From the NCBI GenBank assembly GCA_020638695.1, contig JACKIB010000020.1:19984-83983 (forward strand): DNA of 64,000 nucleotides, written 5' to 3'. Position 1 is the stretch's first letter. Every line of letters begins with the position of its first letter. This document shows positions 62,479 to 64,000 of this stretch, piece after piece. Source of the stretch: Planctomycetota bacterium (GTDB lineage: Bacteria > Planctomycetota > UBA1135 > UBA2386). Position numbers and translations under genes: made by a program. The notes under the pieces were generated by a model. That model searched no databases. It was not told the DNA's origin and worked only from the letters and a program-made list of their open reading frames with translations.

Positions 62479-64000
62479 GTGCACTGGCTCCTCGCACATC
62501 TCAATCGCAAGTTCGCCGTCGGCACCGCAGCCGGCCTGGTCATGAGCTCGCTCGTGTTCCTGGTCCTGTACGTGAACCTCTATCGCGCGGAGCTCGAGTC
62601 CGAGCGAACTCGAGCCGCGGAGCAGGTCAACCAGCTGCTGCAGACGTCGCTCGAGAACGCGATGCTGAAGCGTGACCTGGAAGGTCTGCGTGTGATCGTC
62701 GAGCGGCTGGGCCAACAGGCCCACATCGACTCGGTGTTCATCACCGACCGCGGCGGCGAGATCCGATTCGCCAACACACCGAGCCTCCTCGGTGGCCGCC
62801 ATCCGCCGCCACGCGGCGAGCCGTTCACCGAGTTCGTCACCAATGCCGCCGGACGGAAGGTGCTACGCAGCGTCAATCCGGTCGCGAACCAACCGGTCTG
62901 CGAGACTTGCCATGGATCAAGCGCCGAGAACCCGCGCAACGGCACGCTATACGTCGAGTACGATGCCGCGCCCATCGTCGAGCAGGCGCGCCGCACGACC
63001 CTGGTGTTGATGGGCGCGGGCGCGATCGTCGTCGTGCTCAACATCGCGGGTGGCTGGTGGTTCATCCGACGAAACGTCCTGGCGCCGATCCAGCGGCTGA
63101 CAGGGGCGAGCCGTCGACTCACCGCCGGCGATCTCGGGGCGCGTGCGGCGCTGCCCGGGGTCGACGAGCTCTCCGAGCTCGGCCACAGCTTCGACCGCAT
63201 GGCCGACGAGCTGAAGACGCGGATCGACGAGGGCCACCGCCAGCGCGAGTTCCTGCAGCAACTGGTGGACGCGATCCCGGACGGCGTCCGCGTCATCACT
63301 CCGGACTACCGCGTGATCCTGGTGAACAAGGCGTATCGAGAGCAGCTCAAGCTCACCGCCGACGAGGGACTCGACGAGCCGTGTCATGCGCGGTCCCACG
63401 GATCGAGCGAGCCCTGCCCGCCGACGCTGGTGACCTGCCCGGTGCGCGAGCTCCGCGCTCGCGCGGAGCCGGTCAAGGCGCTGCACCGCCATCTCGATCG
63501 TGACGGCCGGGCACTGGATGTCGAGATCCACGCGTCACGGATGCGCGGATTCGTCGACGGTGCGCAGACGACCCTCGTCGTGGAGTCGATTCGCGATCTC
63601 TCCAAGGAGGTGCAGTACTCGCACGACCAGAAGCTCTCCGAGCTCGGCAAGCTCGCGACCGGGGTCGCGCACGAGATCTACAACCCGCTCACATCGGTGC
63701 GCCTCGCGCTGCAGTCGTTCGCGGCCGAGCGCCGCGCGAGTGATGGCTCGGAGGAGCTGGAGGAGTACCTGGAGATCGTCGACCGCGAGATCGATCGCTG
63801 CATCAGCGTGACCGAGCGACTGCTGAAGCTCGGGATGGCGCCGGACGAGCACTCGGAGCTGGTCGACGTGACGACAGCGGTCGAGGACACCTTGAGCCTG
63901 GTGCGATGGGAGATGGGCTCGCGCGCGATCACGCTCCGCACCGAGCTCGCCCCCGATGCCCGCATTCTCGGTAGCGACAGCCAGATCCGAATGCTGACAC
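62479..64000 (+). CDS. sensor histidine kinase (partial, runs off the right edge): TM, periplasmic domain with CxxCH, TM, HAMP, Cys-containing PAS, HisKA
   Basis: Absent from the track because there is no stop in the window. Own translation from GTG 62479, the first start after the in-frame TAG at 62386: VHWLLAHLNRKFAVGTAAGLVMSSLVFLVLYV...NPVANQPVCETCHGSSAENPRNGTLYVEYD...LMGAGAIVVVLNIAGGWWFIRRNVLAPIQRL (HAMP)...PCHARSHGSSEPCPPTLVTCP...LGKLATGVAHEIYNPLTSV (H-box)... Confidence 0.8.
   Translation, partial: MHWLLAHLNRKFAVGTAAGLVMSSLVFLVLYVNLYRAELESERTRAAEQVNQLLQTSLENAMLKRDLEGLRVIVERLGQQAHIDSVFITDRGGEIRFANTPSLLGGRHPPPRGEPFTEFVTNAAGRKVLRSVNPVANQPVCETCHGSSAENPRNGTLYVEYDAAPIVEQARRTTLVLMGAGAIVVVLNIAGGWWFIRRNVLAPIQRLTGASRRLTAGDLGARAALPGVDELSELGHSFDRMADELKTRIDEGHRQREFLQQLVDAIPDGVRVITPDYRVILVNKAYREQLKLTADEGLDEPCHARSHGSSEPCPPTLVTCPVRELRARAEPVKALHRHLDRDGRALDVEIHASRMRGFVDGAQTTLVVESIRDLSKEVQYSHDQKLSELGKLATGVAHEIYNPLTSVRLALQSFAAERRASDGSEELEEYLEIVDREIDRCISVTERLLKLGMAPDEHSELVDVTTAVEDTLSLVRWEMGSRAITLRTELAPDARILGSDSQIRMLT

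Noticed and set aside
1-64000. Looked for mobile-element hallmarks (transposase, integrase, phage genes, tRNA attachment sites) and for rRNA or tRNA genes.
   Set aside because: No ORF has transposase or integrase motifs, and no cloverleaf-like or rRNA-like sequence was recognised. Apart from the 185-bp inverted-repeat element at 40804-40988, the region looks like core or accessory metabolic chromosome rather than a mobile island.

Overview
Very GC-rich, strongly GC3-biased, gene-dense chromosomal segment with about 57 protein-coding genes. I found no rRNA, tRNA, CRISPR array, IS element, integrase or phage gene. Many neighbouring genes overlap by 1-4 nt (ATGA, GTGA, TGATG), which indicates long translationally coupled operons. 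Most long antisense or out-of-frame ORFs in the track are Arg/Ala/Gly/Pro-rich artefacts of the high GC content and were discarded. Gene starts were re-set by counting residues in the track translations. Layout: (i) 0-2.4 kb, the start of a nitroreductase gene and two paralogous membrane proteins. (ii) 2.7-8.2 kb, an M20 deacylase, a glutamine-synthetase-like ligase, an aldehyde dehydrogenase and an Fe-alcohol dehydrogenase, which looks like a gamma-glutamylation route for an amino alcohol or amine. (iii) A CHASE-PAS-GGDEF-EAL protein. (iv) 11-18.4 kb, a Dpp/Opp-type ABC importer with an AtzE-like amidase and an AtzG-like small subunit inserted between its two ATPase genes. (v) An Ldh2-family dehydrogenase with an AA_synth-family protein, then a large secreted beta-propeller/PKD/GEVED protein. 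(vi) 23-36 kb, a cyclic-amide island: HyuB/HyuA, a lactonase-like propeller, a DMT exporter, a 2OG oxygenase, a dehydrogenase and an N-carbamoyl-amino-acid hydrolase with a polar amino-acid ABC importer. (vii) A two-component flavin monooxygenase, GAF-HD-GYP, an isochorismatase-like hydrolase and an SDR. (viii) 41-49.7 kb, a fused CoA-transferase, a PHP metallohydrolase and a second Dpp-type ABC importer with a second isochorismatase-like hydrolase. (ix) 49.8-54.4 kb, a DinB-family gene, an MCP, an SDR and a Zn-ADH. (x) 54.6-64 kb, a periplasmic DmsA/DmsB-like molybdoenzyme operon with a pentaheme cytochrome c, a TorD-like chaperone, a NapF-like polyferredoxin and three small secreted proteins, next to a divergent sensor kinase whose periplasmic domain carries a CxxCH haem-c site. 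Two items deserve the most attention. First, one of the three secreted proteins in block (x) is an extreme (G-M-S/G)n methionine-repeat protein; together with the molybdoenzyme it may form a Met-rich sacrificial-sink plus methionine-sulfoxide-reductase system, or a Cu(I)-handling module. Second, the DinB-family gene appears to be a missed selenoprotein: an in-frame TGA sits at the first Cys position of a glutaredoxin CxxC motif, and a SECIS-like hairpin begins 11 nt downstream. No DNA-binding transcription factor is recognisable anywhere in the 64 kb.
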